Source of the DNA: the human T2T-CHM13v2.0 reference genome, Homo sapiens | Direction: 5' to 3' (one strand) | DNA: 64,000 nt | Assembly: GCF_009914755.1 (NCBI RefSeq) | Contig: NC_060944.1 | Shown here: positions 26,831 to 41,699 of the stretch, one piece after another | How positions within the stretch are numbered: the stretch's first letter is position 1 | Layout: each line of letters begins with the position of its first letter | The notes under the pieces: model-generated | The model's database searches: none | What the model was told of the DNA's origin: nothing | The model's input: only the letters and a program-made list of their open reading frames with translations | Position numbers and translations under genes: made by a program

Positions 26831-29259
26831 CGCCATGTGCCTTTTATCTTCACTCTTCTTTTCCAACGCAGTCTGTGCCAGTGACCATAGCCAGCTGTCT
26901 GACAATGGTTTTTCCCTGCAGGACCAGAGAAAGGAAGAACAGCTGGATGCAGAGATCCCACCTTATGAGTGTGCACACTACTATCCATGGCCATGGATAG
27001 GGTCCGTCACAGCCCCTAGACTACTACAGGATGAAGCCCAGGCTCCTATTCTGGTACAAAGACTCTGCAAATGTCCCCTTGCCTACTTATCCAGCCCCAA
27101 ACATGTCACCCACTCAGTGTCTCAAAACTAACCCAGGCTGTCCTGCTTATGAGCTTGCCAAGCCACAGGACCCATCTCAGATGGGGCCAGTCGGAGAGGC
27201 TATCCCAGACTCTTCCAGACTGCGCTCATTGTTCCAACCTCTGTACACCTTTAGCTCACACCTGAATGCAGGGTCTACCGTACTGGATTTTGCAAGAAAT
27301 GTGGTATAAAAGAGACAGCATGGCCAAGGCAAGGCAAGCCTAGCTCTGCCACTTATGAGCAGTATGATCTTAGAAAGGTCCAGAACCTCTCTGGGTTTCC
27401 ATGCTCTCACTGGTAAAAGGTGGTTGCTAACAGCACCTACGTCATAGGGCCATTGTTAGGATTAGGGAGGTAGTGTGGCAGGTGGCTAACATTAACTGAC
27501 CATGCAGCACAGATTTGCATGATTCTTCCTGCTAGACCATGAGCTTATTACAGAACCTGACACAGTTGGGCTCCATAAACCTTTATTAAGCAAATGAATA
27601 CAGGAATGAGTCAGCTACTCCAGGCATTCCATCTTTAAACTAGAGGCTATAAATGCAAATCACTGCTGGCACCAGACTAGTGAGAGAGCAAAACGGGACC
27701 AGCCAGGACAGCAGTCAACGGTGGAACGTGTGCTTCCAAAACAGGGACGCTGAGGAGCCCACTGTTGCCATCCTAAAATGTAGGCTCCAGGTAGCTATGC
27801 CTGATACAGTCTCAAGAAACTTGTAAATGCTGAAAAAAAACTTAAAAAGGAAAGAGAAGACAGTACAATGTAAGTAAAGCACTTTCGCAACTGACTTCAA
27901 ACAATGGATTGGATTGGATGACCTCAATCCCATTTCAGAAGAGGGAGACCTTAAGATGATCTAAATTTAAATTTTCATAGTATGTACAGAATATCATTCC
28001 TTTAATCCAGGAAAACAAACAATGGACAATGTCTTTGGGAAACATTCCTTAATAGTAATGTAAAAAATATGATTACTACTAAAGACATAATTTTATACTT
28101 TCTAGTACTAGGATGTATCTGTTTATATATGTTACATATATATTATGCTATATATATGTGTTTTATATATTATATGTATGTTATATTTTCTCCCTCTCAT
28201 AGGACCTATTTATATATATTCACCTCCATTATTCAGATAAGGAAAATGACGCCCAGAGTAAATACATGATTTGCTGAATCACACAGGTACCAGGGAGCAG
28301 GACTAAGATGGAAACTCAAGTGTATTTAGAACAATAATCCCTACTCTTGATCCTAACAACCTCCCTTGGTAGGAAGTCACATCAGTGTTTAAATCGGAAC
28401 CTCTAACAGCACTAGTATCACATTTCTTCTGAGCACTAATTCTCATACTGATGAGTGTTCTGAGTGCATAATAGGTTGTTAAATGGAGTTGAAAGATTGG
28501 TTTAAAAATCACCACCGACAAGAAACTTTTTATGAATTAGAAAATTTTCATCAAGATACATCTGCATAACTTTGGTTGCAGACACTCAAGTCCTTGAGGC
28601 CAGCTAAGACACCTTGAAATTGAAGACACTCAGAAAACCAGAAGCAAAGCAAATGAATAAGCATTTGCTGAGCACTGGTCTGGACCAGGTAGGTTGAGGG
28701 GCCGAATTGTCAATTGAGCGAAACCTCAATTACAGAGTAATCTAATGTATACCCAGGTACATTATCACAACTCAATAAACAGCTCCCCAGAATTAAGTAA
28801 TTCCAATTTGCTTTCATTTCGGTCTGTGTGTCGCCCTGAGAATTTGATATTACCTACCCTCACATTAGGCAGCATCTTCTGAAGTGCTAATCTTTACCAT
28901 CTCAGGATCACACGTGAGCTGTGAGCCAGTCAGCCATGAATACGCCTGTTTGGGGAGAAAGAGAGACCAGCCTGGGCCTCTGCTGTTCCTCTCAGCCTGA
29001 GTACCTGCTGTGGAAGCCAGCACAGGGGTTTACAGCTCCCAGAACCCTCGGGTGCTGAAGGGCCCAGTGACCTCCCAACTGTGGAGTGGTTAGGGTTTTG
29101 AATGAACAATACCAGGAGAGGGGTGGTCCATGTAACTAGATGGCTGAGCACAAACAAAACTAGCTACTTTTCCTTTGTCCCCAGACCCGGGAATCAGCTT
29201 TCCCGATCCAGTAGGGGTGAACACAGGAAAGGACCAGAGAATTCTGACCTACAGGGACT

Positions 29260-29809
29260 TGTGATGGTTAATATTAAGTGTTAACTTGGTTGAAATGAAG
29301 GATGCAAAGTATTGTTTCTGGGTGTATCTGGGTGTTTCTAGGTGTTGCCAGAAGAGATTCATATTTGAGTCAGCGGACTGGGAGAGGCAGACCCAACCAC
29401 AATGTGGGTGGACACCATCCCATCAGCTGCCAGCGTAACTAGAAAAAGCCGGCAGAAGAAGGTGAAAGAAGCGGACTTGCTGAGTTTTCCTGCCTTCGTC
29501 TTCCTCCTATGCTGCCCTCGAACATCAGGCCTCAACTTCTTTGGCTTTTGGAGTCTTGGACTTACACCAGTGGTTTCCCAGGGGCTCTCGGGCCTTTGGC
29601 CACAGACTAAAGGCTACACTGCCGAGCTTTCCTACTTTTCAGGTTTTGGAACTCTAACTGAGCCACTACTGTCTTCCTTGCTCCTCAACTTACAGACGGC
29701 CCATCTGGGTCTTCACCCTGTGATCATGTGAGTCAGTTCTCCTTAATAAACTCCCCTTCATATATACATATATCCTATTACTTCTGTCCCTCTAGAGAAC
29801 CCTAATAAA
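29260..29809 (+). mobile_element. MLT2A (HERV-L) solo LTR
   Basis: tgtgatggttaatatt...gaaggatgcaaagtattg...tcctattacttctgtccctctagagaaccc. Confidence 0.85.
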
Positions 29810-31976
29810 AGACCCCATGACCCAAATGTCCCCCAGTCCACACTTTCATATTTCCTCCCTCCCTCTTCTTATACTCGGCACATCACCGTGTACCAACAGA
29901 GAACTGGGCCACACTTTACAGAACAGGCCTGACATGATTTCCCCAAAGCCACAGAGACAGTCATCAAATCGGCACCTGGGTCCAATGTCCTGTCCCCACC
30001 CATGGAGTCCTTCATCTCTCTTACTTCTTTGTCTGATAAATCCCACCCCTATGGGCAATTTATTTATTTTATTTAACAAATACCTTAGAGTGCCTATGCA
30101 GGGCACTGTTCTAAGAACTCCTACATCCATTATCACATGTCATCCTCATGACGCCTTCTGAGGGAGGTAATCCTACATTCCTGTTCCCAGATGAGCCAGC
30201 TGAGGCCCCAAGAGGTTAGATCATGTTCAAGGTCACAGAGTTGGGACAAGGTGGGGCCAGAATTCAGACCCAAGCATCTTGGCTGCAGAGTTATCTCCTG
30301 CCCTGAACTGGAACCAAAGGGTGGGAACCTGTGAGGAGGAAGACCTTGAAGACATGGTTTTCTTTCTGTGATATCCCAGGGTTGTGGGTGACGTCAGTCC
30401 AAGAAGGAATCCAGATCCCATCCCATAACACAGCACTTGGCCCTTGAGAATCCTTTTTCTTTTTTGGTCTGTTTTTCAGATTTTCTCCCTTCTCTGAAAG
30501 AAGGAGGATTAATGCTTTTCCCTTGTATTTTTTTAAACAAGTACAAATACTTCAGTATTAAAGTACTTAAGCATCCTGGCTCCGCAAAGGCAAAGGGCTC
30601 TTGAGAGGTAAGTGAGTCATTCTTCATCACACAGTTTCTTCCAAACGCTTGGGTTTGCTGCCTTCAAATGGGTCCCTGGGCACCCACTCCAGGGTGACAG
30701 GTTTCCTCTGGTTGCTTCTGCTCCTGAGGGGGTCCCTGCCTTTTATTTTCTTGTTTTGCTTGGATGCCACTAACTCTTTAGCAGTGTGTTTGGGGTCGGG
30801 GCAGGGGGTGAGGGTAGGTTAAATGTATTTCTCCAGCAATCTGGAAGTTAGCTGACAGTCAGGAAGGGAATATCACGTGTCAAAATGGCAAGTTAGCTAG
30901 ACGGACCCAGGGAATCCTGCTTGCCTGGTACCTGGGCCCCTTCAGCACTGCTCATGACATTGTGGCACCAGGTAACAGCAAGACCACAACCCACCAGCCC
31001 TCCAGGTGTGACCAAACAGCATGAGCCAGATGCAGGTCGGACTCCAGTTGTACCCCTTGGGATGGTCCTGTTTCTCAACCTGGCTGTGCTAATTCTCCCA
31101 CTCATGAAATGAGTTAAAATAAAACCAATGTACAGAGCTGCAATTAGGAAAAAATCAGGTAACATATGTTGAAGGGACTTCTTTACATGCAAGGGACCAG
31201 GCTCCTAGCTTACCACCATCATAATATTTAAATGGAGGAAAAATGGGCACTAAAAAACTGATAACCTATGCCAAAAATATGGATGAATTTCATCGATGTG
31301 TAATAAAATTACACCTTGATTGACCAGATTACAGGAAGTGCCAACCCCCCACTGTTCAAAGTGAAGGAGACTGGGTGCCACCCACCACCCCACCCTCCCT
31401 AAGCTGGAGTGGCAGGGGCTGCAGGTGAGTGGCTTCAGAGCAGTGGTAGCTGCGGAGTCATATTGCCAGGCCTGGCTACTGCACCCAGGCTAGCACCAGC
31501 CCCTCCTCTTGACTTGGGCCCAGGATGCACAACCAGCAGAGGACAAATCAGTGTCCCCGTAAACCCTGGCCACCTCTCCGAATAAAGCAAGGATGCTCCA
31601 CCACATCCTCTGTCCCAGTAGCCTCTTGGTTTCTCTTCCCATAGCTCCCATCCTGCCCCTGAATGGGGGCATATAAGCAAATAATAAACCAAGCGTTTTC
31701 TGGTTCCATTTGTCTGCTCATGGGAATTTCAGAGTGCTAAACTAACTCCCATAGCCACTGGTCACATTCTTTTGCCACCAACTTTGCCCCATGTACATGC
31801 AAGGTGCTAGCAAGACCATGAGGAGCGGGAATGAACACAGCACACCCTCTCCTGGGACTCTCAATCTGGTGTGGGAGACCAGCCACGGAAGGTATAAGAC
31901 ACATTCCAGCAGGACATCTGAAAATACACATTCACTGAGAACCTGAATGGCCTGCAATAACCCCTGTGTCACATAA

Positions 31977-32397
<421 letters not shown>

Positions 32398-34277
32398 ACA
32401 CAAATTAATCTTATGGCATCAACAAAGCAAAGATAGGAGCTTAATGCCATCAAAGTGGTGGCTTCTTTTCTATGTTAATAACATTTAATGTAAACAAATT
32501 TAAAGATTTTTAAAGTTTTTTTTCATAAGTGCCTAACTTGTTGATCTTTGGCTTAAGTGTTCATGGCATTGTGGTGAGGAAATAATAAACTCCTGCTGAG
32601 GCCAATAATTCATTCACTCTTCTATCAGTCCACACATTTTTTCAAGTTGAGCCTTGTGAAATGACTGATTGTGCAAGTCAAAACAGGCGAACACTAACAC
32701 TTCATATGGTTTAGCAAACTGAGAACCAGTGCCAGGCACTGCGCTGAGTGCAGGGACTTCCAACCCAGCAGACAGCCCTCCTCTCACAGAGCTTAGATCC
32801 TAAAAGGGGAGACAAAAAGTCACCAAGTAAACAAATAAAGGCAAACCAGCATTTTAAAGTGTGATAAAAACTATGTGGAAGAGGAGACCAGGTAATGAGA
32901 AGGAATTGTGACCACCAGGAAGGGAGGTGTGGGCGGGGGGTCAGGGAAGTTCTCTGGGAGAAGACGACATACTGCCATTTCAGCTGAGACCTGAATGATG
33001 GCACATGATCAGCCATGTGAATGTCTGTATGAAGTCAAGACAGCCAGCATAGAGAATCCCAGCCTGCAACCCCCAGTCCAGTTGGCCCAAGGATCCCAGT
33101 CACACTGGGTCAGCAAAATGAGGTCAAAGTTTCCACACCCACCCATACTTTGACAAAGGAAACTAACTTAGGAGGCCTCAAAGGCTCGATCAGTGGGGTT
33201 TTTTTTGTTTGCTTTTTGTTTTTTCCCTTCAAACACACCAGGTCTCATTCTACAGCTAGCATAATAAGAAAAGCTTCATTATTTCATTCACTAAATTATG
33301 CTATATTAAAATTTTAATCGGCAAACATAACATTGGTAAAATGAGTACATCCATACACTGCAGTTACCAGTGTAAACTGTCAAACCATTTTTTTTTTTTT
33401 TGCAAAAGCAATATTGCAACACAAAGAAAAATCCATAAAGATGCTCATATTCTTGGCCTCCCAACTCTACCCCCAGGGAATTTATCCTAAGGAAATAATC
33501 TGGTTCAATAGAATAAAATGTTCTCTCCAGAAGAACTCCATGGAGGTGCTAATTGTTACATACACAAAGGAAAGAAAAAAACAAGACACCTGGAATTATC
33601 GAAATGACTGCAAATGGGGGGGTTTAACAAAATAGGATAACTCATTGGATGAGATAGCATACGATCACTAAGCATCATAACAAAGATGACAAAGTTGCAG
33701 AAAGAAATGGGATATCTGGCTTTTTGAGAGAAGCAGAAAACAATCTGCATATTTTAATGGAAAGCATGTAAACAGTATCTCAAGGTGAACAAGAACAAGA
33801 AAATTGAAAAGAATTGAATCAAGGCCAGTGGGGTGAGGAATTATTCATTTCAAAAGTCCTTCCAAAATATTGTCATTGTATTGAGTTTTCAATTTTTAAA
33901 AAAAAATCCCTCAGAAACAATAGTACGAGAACACTGCCACAGCATGCCACCCAAATACAAGGACATTTGTTCATTCTAACTTTAAATACAAAATAAAGCC
34001 AAATTTGAAGATGTCTTCTGTGTTATATATTCCACAGTCTTTCACGTATGGCTCTTGTATGTGAGACTCAAGTTGGAATAGCAATGCAATGTTGCATGAT
34101 TTTACCATAGTTTCTCCTGTTTGGGGAGTTTGTGTTGGGGAGGGAGGCCAGAGTGACTAGAAATTAATCTCCTCTTTTACTGAATGTGGGGGAGGATCAG
34201 CAGATGAGAAAAGGGGCTTTAAGGCCCATTAATGCCAACCTTCCATGGCAGTAGAGGCGCAGGCTGGAGGCACTCAC

Positions 34278-34452
34278 CTTTCACGATCAGCTCCGCGTAG
34301 TTGGACACACCAGACCCACCATCAGAGCGGATCACACAGCGGTACTTGCTGACGCTCCGCTGGGCAGTGTCTGCCACACTGACTGTGGCTGAGAAGCGCC
34401 TGTGGTTGACCACACGGGTGACCATCAGGGCCGTGTCCCTGCCATTCCATTG
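34278..34452 (-). CDS. PTPRT: PTPRT coding exon (probably exon 6), second half of the Ig-like domain
   Basis: Polypyrimidine tract then ttctgcag|CAATGGAAT...GTGAAAG|gtgagt; 175 nt, [58 protein letters not shown] with Ig Y-x-C motif; CpG-rich relative to flanks. Confidence 0.96.
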
Positions 34453-34583
34453 CTGCAGAACAGAGGAAGAGAGGGAGAGGAGGAATCATAGCATCATAGG
34501 CTTCTAGGTGACTCCCAACACGGATATCCACCCATCCTCACACCCCTGGGGCTCAAGACTTTCCACTATAATAAGGGATTTCC

Positions 34584-34883
34584 AGCCAGGCACAGTGGCT
34601 CATGCCTGTAATCCCAGTGCTTTGCAAGGGCTGAGGCAGGAGGATCATTTGAGGCCAGGAGTTTGAGACCAGCCTAGGTAGCAAGCAAGACCTTGCCTCT
34701 ACAAGAAATTTTAAAAAATAGCCAGGCATGGTGGCACTCATCTTCAGTCCCAGATACTCTGGAGGGTGAGGAAGGAGGATCGCCTGAGCCCAAAAACCAA
34801 GGTTGCAGTGAGCCATGATCAAGCCACTGCACTCTACCCTGGGTGACAGAGGAAGGCCCTGCCTCTTTAAAAAAAAAAAAAAA
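34584..34883 (+). mobile_element. AluJ, about 130 nt from the exon 6 acceptor
   Basis: Diverged dimer, ggaggatcgcctgagccc, A tail. Confidence 0.92.
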
Positions 34884-36291
34884 GGGCAGGAGTTTTCATG
34901 GCTGGTTTGTGCTAATGAGCTGATTCAAGAATAAACTTTGCTAGTGAGCTGATTTGAGGACACAGGCCTGGTGGTAAGAAGAGAGGAAAAAGGCTCCTTC
35001 TAAACACTTTGGCTCAGCCTGCATTTGGGGCTGGCATGTAGCCCCTTAACTTTCCTCCCTATTTTCCTTTTTCCCTTAAGCAGAACTCATAGCATTCTTT
35101 CAGACAAACTTCAGCAGACTTAGTGAAAACCCAGCCCATGGAGAATAAACACCGCCTGGCTCACAGGCCCTGTGGCTGGTGCCCTGCTACCCCACCCCAC
35201 AGGCTCTGAGCCCCACCTGCCCTAAGCTATCACCACAGGTAGGGAGGGGATGGGAGCCTTCCAACACCTCTCTTCCTTGGCACATGCTCTTTTCTCTGCC
35301 TGGAGGGTCTGGTCTCCCTGGGGACGCTCCGTCTTCCGTAAAAAGCCACGTTCAGCTCACAGCCATCTCTAGTCAGTTCTCACAACTGTCACACCATCTC
35401 TGGAATCTTATCTATGTATGATACAAACTTTCCACACACATTTGCCCACAAGTGTTGCCCATTTTACACTGAAGGACTTTCCTCTGTTCATCTTTAGAAG
35501 CTTGTCTGAAAGCTTCCCAAGTTGGTAGACATCTCTAGAATCAAGGTGAATACACGTGGGCTTTTGTCTTCAGCATCCTGAATCTCAGGAGGGATATCCT
35601 GAGTTTGAACAAACCTCTTTCACAGTTGCAGGTTATGAGAACTGGTAAGGCACATGCATGTTGGTGCAGTTTGAGTGGATGTTTATTAATGTTATTAACT
35701 GGATATTTATCTACTATGTGCCAGCCCCTGAGCTGGGTATTTTTGTATAAATCTTCATTTTGTCTTCACAGCCTTGTTTGGGGAGTGTACAACTGCTGCT
35801 CTTCTCAGAAGAAAAATCCAAATGTCTAACAGTTTAACTAAATGTGTAGAGTACACAAGCCCCTTATCCAGGTTTTCCAACTTCAAGTCAAGCACTGTTT
35901 TTACTAAGACCATATTCTCAGTGCCTGCTTTAATTTGAAAACGTTTTTCCCCAAAAAGTGAAATTGACTCCTTTAATTATCTGGACTTAGGGAAACCTTA
36001 TGACTTATGATTCTCATGCCCTGAGTCTCCCAGTCTCGCAACGCGATCTTCATTGTTTCCTGCACCAAGTAAACAGTTTCCCCATGTGCATAACCTACTT
36101 TCATCTATGTCATCTTTCCTCACCCTCTACAGTGACCTGTCAGGAGAGGGGCACAGGTACAGGTAGAGCCACACTGCTCAGCTCTATGGCAGCAAATGAG
36201 GGGAGACCAATACCAGGGGAAGGCAGTGATCATGAAGGCCAGAAACCCAGGGTATCCCAGGCCCCCATCAAAGGGCAGCTAAGAGAGACTT

Positions 36292-36326
36292 GCTCCAGGC
36301 TACAGGCTACAGGCTCCAGGCTACAG
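36292..36326. repeat. 7-mer tandem repeat (GCTMCAG)x5
   Basis: gctccag gctacag gctacag gctccag gctacag. Confidence 0.85.
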
Positions 36327-37190
36327 GGAGATTGTAGGTAATATTTTGCTGCTGCTTTTTACTTTTTCACATTCTTCAAACTTTCTGTCTCAAACACGTA
36401 TTTGCTTTATACTTGAACATAAAAAAAAATGGTATTGTTCAAAAGCCATGGCAGAATGAGAGGCAGCCATAACTCCCTCTCATGCCAGAAACTAACCAAC
36501 ATGTGGAATAGTTAGTACACATCAGAGCAACATGCATGGGGCTGTAAGAGGAGAATCTGAAGCCAAATGCCAGCTCTGCAGCTTCCAAGCTATGCAGACT
36601 TGAGCAGGCAATTTCACTGTTCTGAGCTGGAAAGTTTCCATTTGCTTGCCCGAATAAAAACCAGTACAAGGTAATGGAAGGGGAGAAAGGTCACTTGGGC
36701 GGAAACTGCCATCCAGCTTCCTCATGCCTTGAGGCATCTTTGCAGGAGATGGCACAACTTGGACCCCACTATGAGAACCTAGGAGACACCACATGCAATG
36801 CCCCGGAAATTCCCAAAGTAGTGCAGGGAGAAAGGCGGGAAAATTCCGGCAAACACCAGGAATGTATCCTGATTTGGAGAAGAGATCACTTAATGAATAG
36901 GAGGGCCTTGGAAGCAGGGGGTCATCAAAAGGAGCCCATCTTCCCCACTGCTGAGCAAGGCATTTCAGGGCCACCATGGGGGATAAGAATGAGTTAGTGG
37001 TGAGGCTTTGGCTCAATATTTTCTAATATGAGTTATTTATAACATCATAAACACTTTTATTTTTTCTTTATTAAGCTAATAACAGCTAAACACTACTATG
37101 TGCTAAATGTTTTATATGCTTTCTCATTTATTCCCCATGAAAAATAAGGTAGGCACACTTCTTATCGCTGTCATATATAAGAGGAAACTG

Positions 37191-37298
37191 GGCTGGGCGT
37201 GGTGGCTCACGCCTGTAATCCCAGCACTTTGGGAGGCTGAGGCGGGCAGATCACGAGGTCAGGAGATTGAGATCATCCTGGCTAATACGGTGAAACCC
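37191..37298 (+). mobile_element. AluY-like left arm, 3'-truncated
   Basis: gatcacgaggtcaggagattgagatcatcctggctaatacggtgaaaccc, then an abrupt end. Confidence 0.85.
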
Positions 37299-38938
37299 AG
37301 AAATCAGGTAGCATAAAAATGCACAGAGATACAAATGTTAGGATGTCAGGAAGATGGAGCAAGACATTGAAGGAAAGCCCAAAGTCCTGGGAAATGCCAC
37401 AAAGAAGCATAGCAAGGATGTGTGCACACAGAAGTCCAGGAAAAATTCCGTCAGATAAGGCCCTTATCTACCACTTGGCTTCTCGGAAATTTTCTTCTGG
37501 TTCCTGCAGTAGTTTTTCAGATTTAAGTATATCCTTCCTCTGAACTTTTAGGGCATGCTTCTTTTCCTTCTGTGGCAAGATTTTCAAGTCAATATGTGTG
37601 TTGTTCTAAAGTGAAATCATCGTCTGGCCCTCTGATTCCACGAGTCAACTCAACAAATGTCCCAGTGGGCCCCAACAGGTGGTGTCTCTGGTTGGGCTCA
37701 CTGGAAGCAGACTTTGACACATGGAGATTTATCAAGTGCTTTCAGGAGAAAGGATATAAAGGACAGAGTGAGAAAAGGGGCTAAGAAAGGATGAGATCAC
37801 AACTGGAGTCAAGCTCCAGCCTGGTCCCACAAGGAGTCATGGAGCATGAAGTGTACCCCAGAGTGGATGGTACCTTGTGGTTGAACTACTGTGTCCATCA
37901 GTCATTGGTCAGGGCTCACGAGGCAGAGAGAGGAGGAAACTTCTTACTTGACGGAGGGCAGCTCTCTGGGAAAAGGAAGCTGTGAGGCTTTAGCAGCCGA
38001 CATGCCCAGTGCTCTAGGGTTGAGGGCACTTGCCTGCAAAGGGGATCTGTCCAGGACACTAAAAGCATGCATTCCACTTGGCACTTTCCTGTCTCTGCCT
38101 TCTCCTACAGTAAATTATACGTTGGGTTTCCTGAAATCCAATGAGCTACTGCCTTGAGATTTTCTGGCAGTCTGTTTCTAAATCTGCTTTTTTTTTTTTT
38201 TTTTTTTTTACACATGGGGCTGGGAACTGACCTCAGTAGCACACTGGCAATACCAGGTGTGAGCATAGCTGTAATTAAGCACTGCTTCCTATGAAATGTC
38301 ACTCCATCTCACATAAATAAATCACTCCATAGCTGAGTTTGATAAACATTTTGTTCAACTTAACAAGATTTATCTGAGCGTTTATCAAGTAAAAGTCACA
38401 TCAACTAACAGTTTTGAAGGCTGACTTTGTGCCAGCCACTGTGTTAATGGCTTACATAATAGACTGTTCACTTGATCCTCTTAAAGTCCCTGTCAAAGTT
38501 CTTCTCAAAGAGTGGTCCCTGAATCTACAGCATCGGCCTCATCTGGGAACTTGTTAGAAATGTAAATTTGTAAGATAATTCTAGGGCTGATATCCACTTG
38601 GAGATGTTGTTTACTGGGGTTGATAGTCTGAGGTTTTTCCCCTTTCTCCATTCTATTATTAATCATGCTGAAGATGTACTCATTATTTTACAAAACAGAA
38701 AATGAAAGAGTGTGGAAGGTATAATTTCTGCCCAGAGGAATTTATAGGCTGGATTAAGATTGTAAAAACAGTAGAAAGAGTAAAACATAAACACTAAGTC
38801 GAGCATTGAAATAGTATACTTCATGGAGGAAAACAGGTCTGGCATGGAGACAGAAATGCTCTTAGAAAAATCTAGAGCTATGGTTCTCGAACCATGGTCC
38901 CCAGACAGGCTGCACTAACATCCCCTGGGAAATTGTTA

Positions 38939-39283
<345 letters not shown>

Positions 39284-41699
39284 CTAATAAATTCCCAGAC
39301 CTAATGAATCAGGAACTTTGGGAATGGGGCCAGGCCATTTTTGTTTTAACAAACCTTCCTGGGGATTCCAATGTCTGATAAAGTGTGAGATAAGTCCTAC
39401 TAGTAATTCCTATTTAATGAATAAGGAAACTGAGGCAGAGAGCGGTCAAGCAATATGGCTTTTAGTAGTACTTCTCAGACTACAGCATACAAACCACCTG
39501 GGGATCTTGTTAAAAATGCACATCTTGATTCAGAAGGCCTGTGATGGGGATTGGAATTCTTCAGGTCTTGCTGATGCTGCTGGTCCATGAACCTTACTAG
39601 GAGGAACAAAACCTGATATCACTTTGCTGAGGGGCTGAGTTAGGATTGGACCCAGGTGATCTGATACCAGACACTGAGACATTAATCACATCACCCATCT
39701 GCCACCTAGTACTAAACAGTACACAGCTACACTTAGCAACTCTGTGAAAGGAGGGTAGAGAGTGCAGTGTTCCAGAAACTTACTTTGTTTGTTCAAAGAA
39801 TATCTAATGATAACTTGCAGAAAATGACTGCTTCACAGAAAACAGTTTTGGAAATGCTGTGATAGAAGCCCAGATGCCTAGCATTCTGGAAATCTTGGAA
39901 GACCTTAGGTCAGAAATATATATGTAAGAAGGAACAGAGTATCTTCCTATATTCTTGGCCATCAGATTCTTTTAATATATTATTAAGTTATGGCATACCT
40001 GGTATACTATTAGGTTGGGGTGAGGTTTCCTTATCCCCACTCTTTCAGACTAGAACAGTAGTTCCTAAATTTTAATGTGCATCAGAATCACCTAGAGGGT
40101 AATTTAGGAGGTCTGGGGTGAGGCTGGATAATTAGCATTTCTAATTGGTTCCCTGGTGATGCTAAATTCTGCTGACTTTACCCTGGGTCTCAAGGACTTA
40201 AAAGCTGATGTCCTCTTAAGTCCCTTAATGGAAAGCAAGGGGCCAAATAATACCACAGAACACATGAATGGAAAAATTCCTTAAATCTAAGACCATGTCC
40301 TGAGGATGAGCAACTGGTCACTGCACCAACAGTGCCCAGCTAAGAGGCGGGAGTTGTGGCCCCCAAACCCAACCCATACTCTATTGGCAGAGCCAGGAGT
40401 TCTGACTACAGCCATGAGTCCTTACTGAGCCCCCTTGGAGGGAGGTCACTTTTGTGCTTTGCCCAAGGGCTCTATCTGCACATCAAGCTACATATCTATG
40501 GAGCTGCATCTGCCCAGAAGGTGAACCCCTTTTCTTCCAATTCATCCGTACAGGAGGGATACATGTTCTAAATTGAAGAAAGGCATTTTACAGCCTAATC
40601 GGTGGTTCTGCTTAATCCCATTTTATGTTTATGTTTCTCTGATTATGTTGCCTTTGAAATCTCTCTTTTTCTTTCCCCTTTTTCAACTGCTTGCCTTGCT
40701 CTTTAAAAACAACTCAAATTCCAACTTCCCTTGGCTTACTTTGTTTTATGTGGATAAGTCGGCTTGGTTTGAGAGCACACACTCATTGGAAGAACAGGAG
40801 CTGTAATAGCTACACTTTAATGTTCTGTCCCCAGCACAAGTGCATCCTTCCACCCCCAGGCAAGACCCCTCTATTTTCAGGAACCACCTAAAGAGGAAGG
40901 CAAGAGTTGCACCTGATGCCACAGAGAGTGCTGTTTTCCTACCGTCTGATTATCTATCAAGGTTTCTGTAATGGCCTTGCCATTTTGCAATTCCCCATCC
41001 ACTCTCCTTTAGTGTCATGACATTATTTCCTTCACAAAGAGGTAAGACAAGACTACAAAAATGGCTGTCATTATTTCAGAAAGAGCAGGAAGCCTTGAAA
41101 TTGACTTGTAATTGGCAGAAGTGGAAACAGTACTGTCTTTAATAAAAGGAAACCATTTCTGGTTTTGCACAACAGATACTATGCCTGGTTTACAGAAGAT
41201 ATTCTAATGCAGGATCCTGGAAGCCTTCAGTGTGTTGGTTTGAACTTCTGGCATCAAAATAATAAAAAAAAATGATAAAGATAAAAATATAAAAATAAAG
41301 CAAAATAAAATTAGGCCCAGCATTTCCAGCTGTCATTTGTTCCAACTGCTCCAGGAATTTCCTGGCCAGAAAATATTTAGGTGAAATTCCCACAATTCAC
41401 TTGTAATGCGTATTCTTTTCACTTCTAGTCACCCTGCTGCCACGGCATGACATTTAGAAACTTGCTAAAATCTAGCCCATTGATTCTCTTAAGATCACAT
41501 TTGTACCTTTTTGGCAGTCTCTAAAGAATAGCTTTTGATTATTCTTTATTAAAAGTCAGAAGAAATAGAAGTAGACATAAATCATTTTTGATTAGCTGTG
41601 CTGAAACCCTTCCAAGAGCCCTCTATGTACGTGGCTGACTGCTCATTTTGGGTTGATTTCTGGGTTTAGAACTCCTGCAAAGAGTCAGGAGGGACCTGG

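Noticed and set aside
36522-37016. 164-aa minus-strand ORF in intron 5 as a possible extra exon
   Set aside because: No similarity to RPTP domains; exons 5 and 6 already join into a complete Ig domain.
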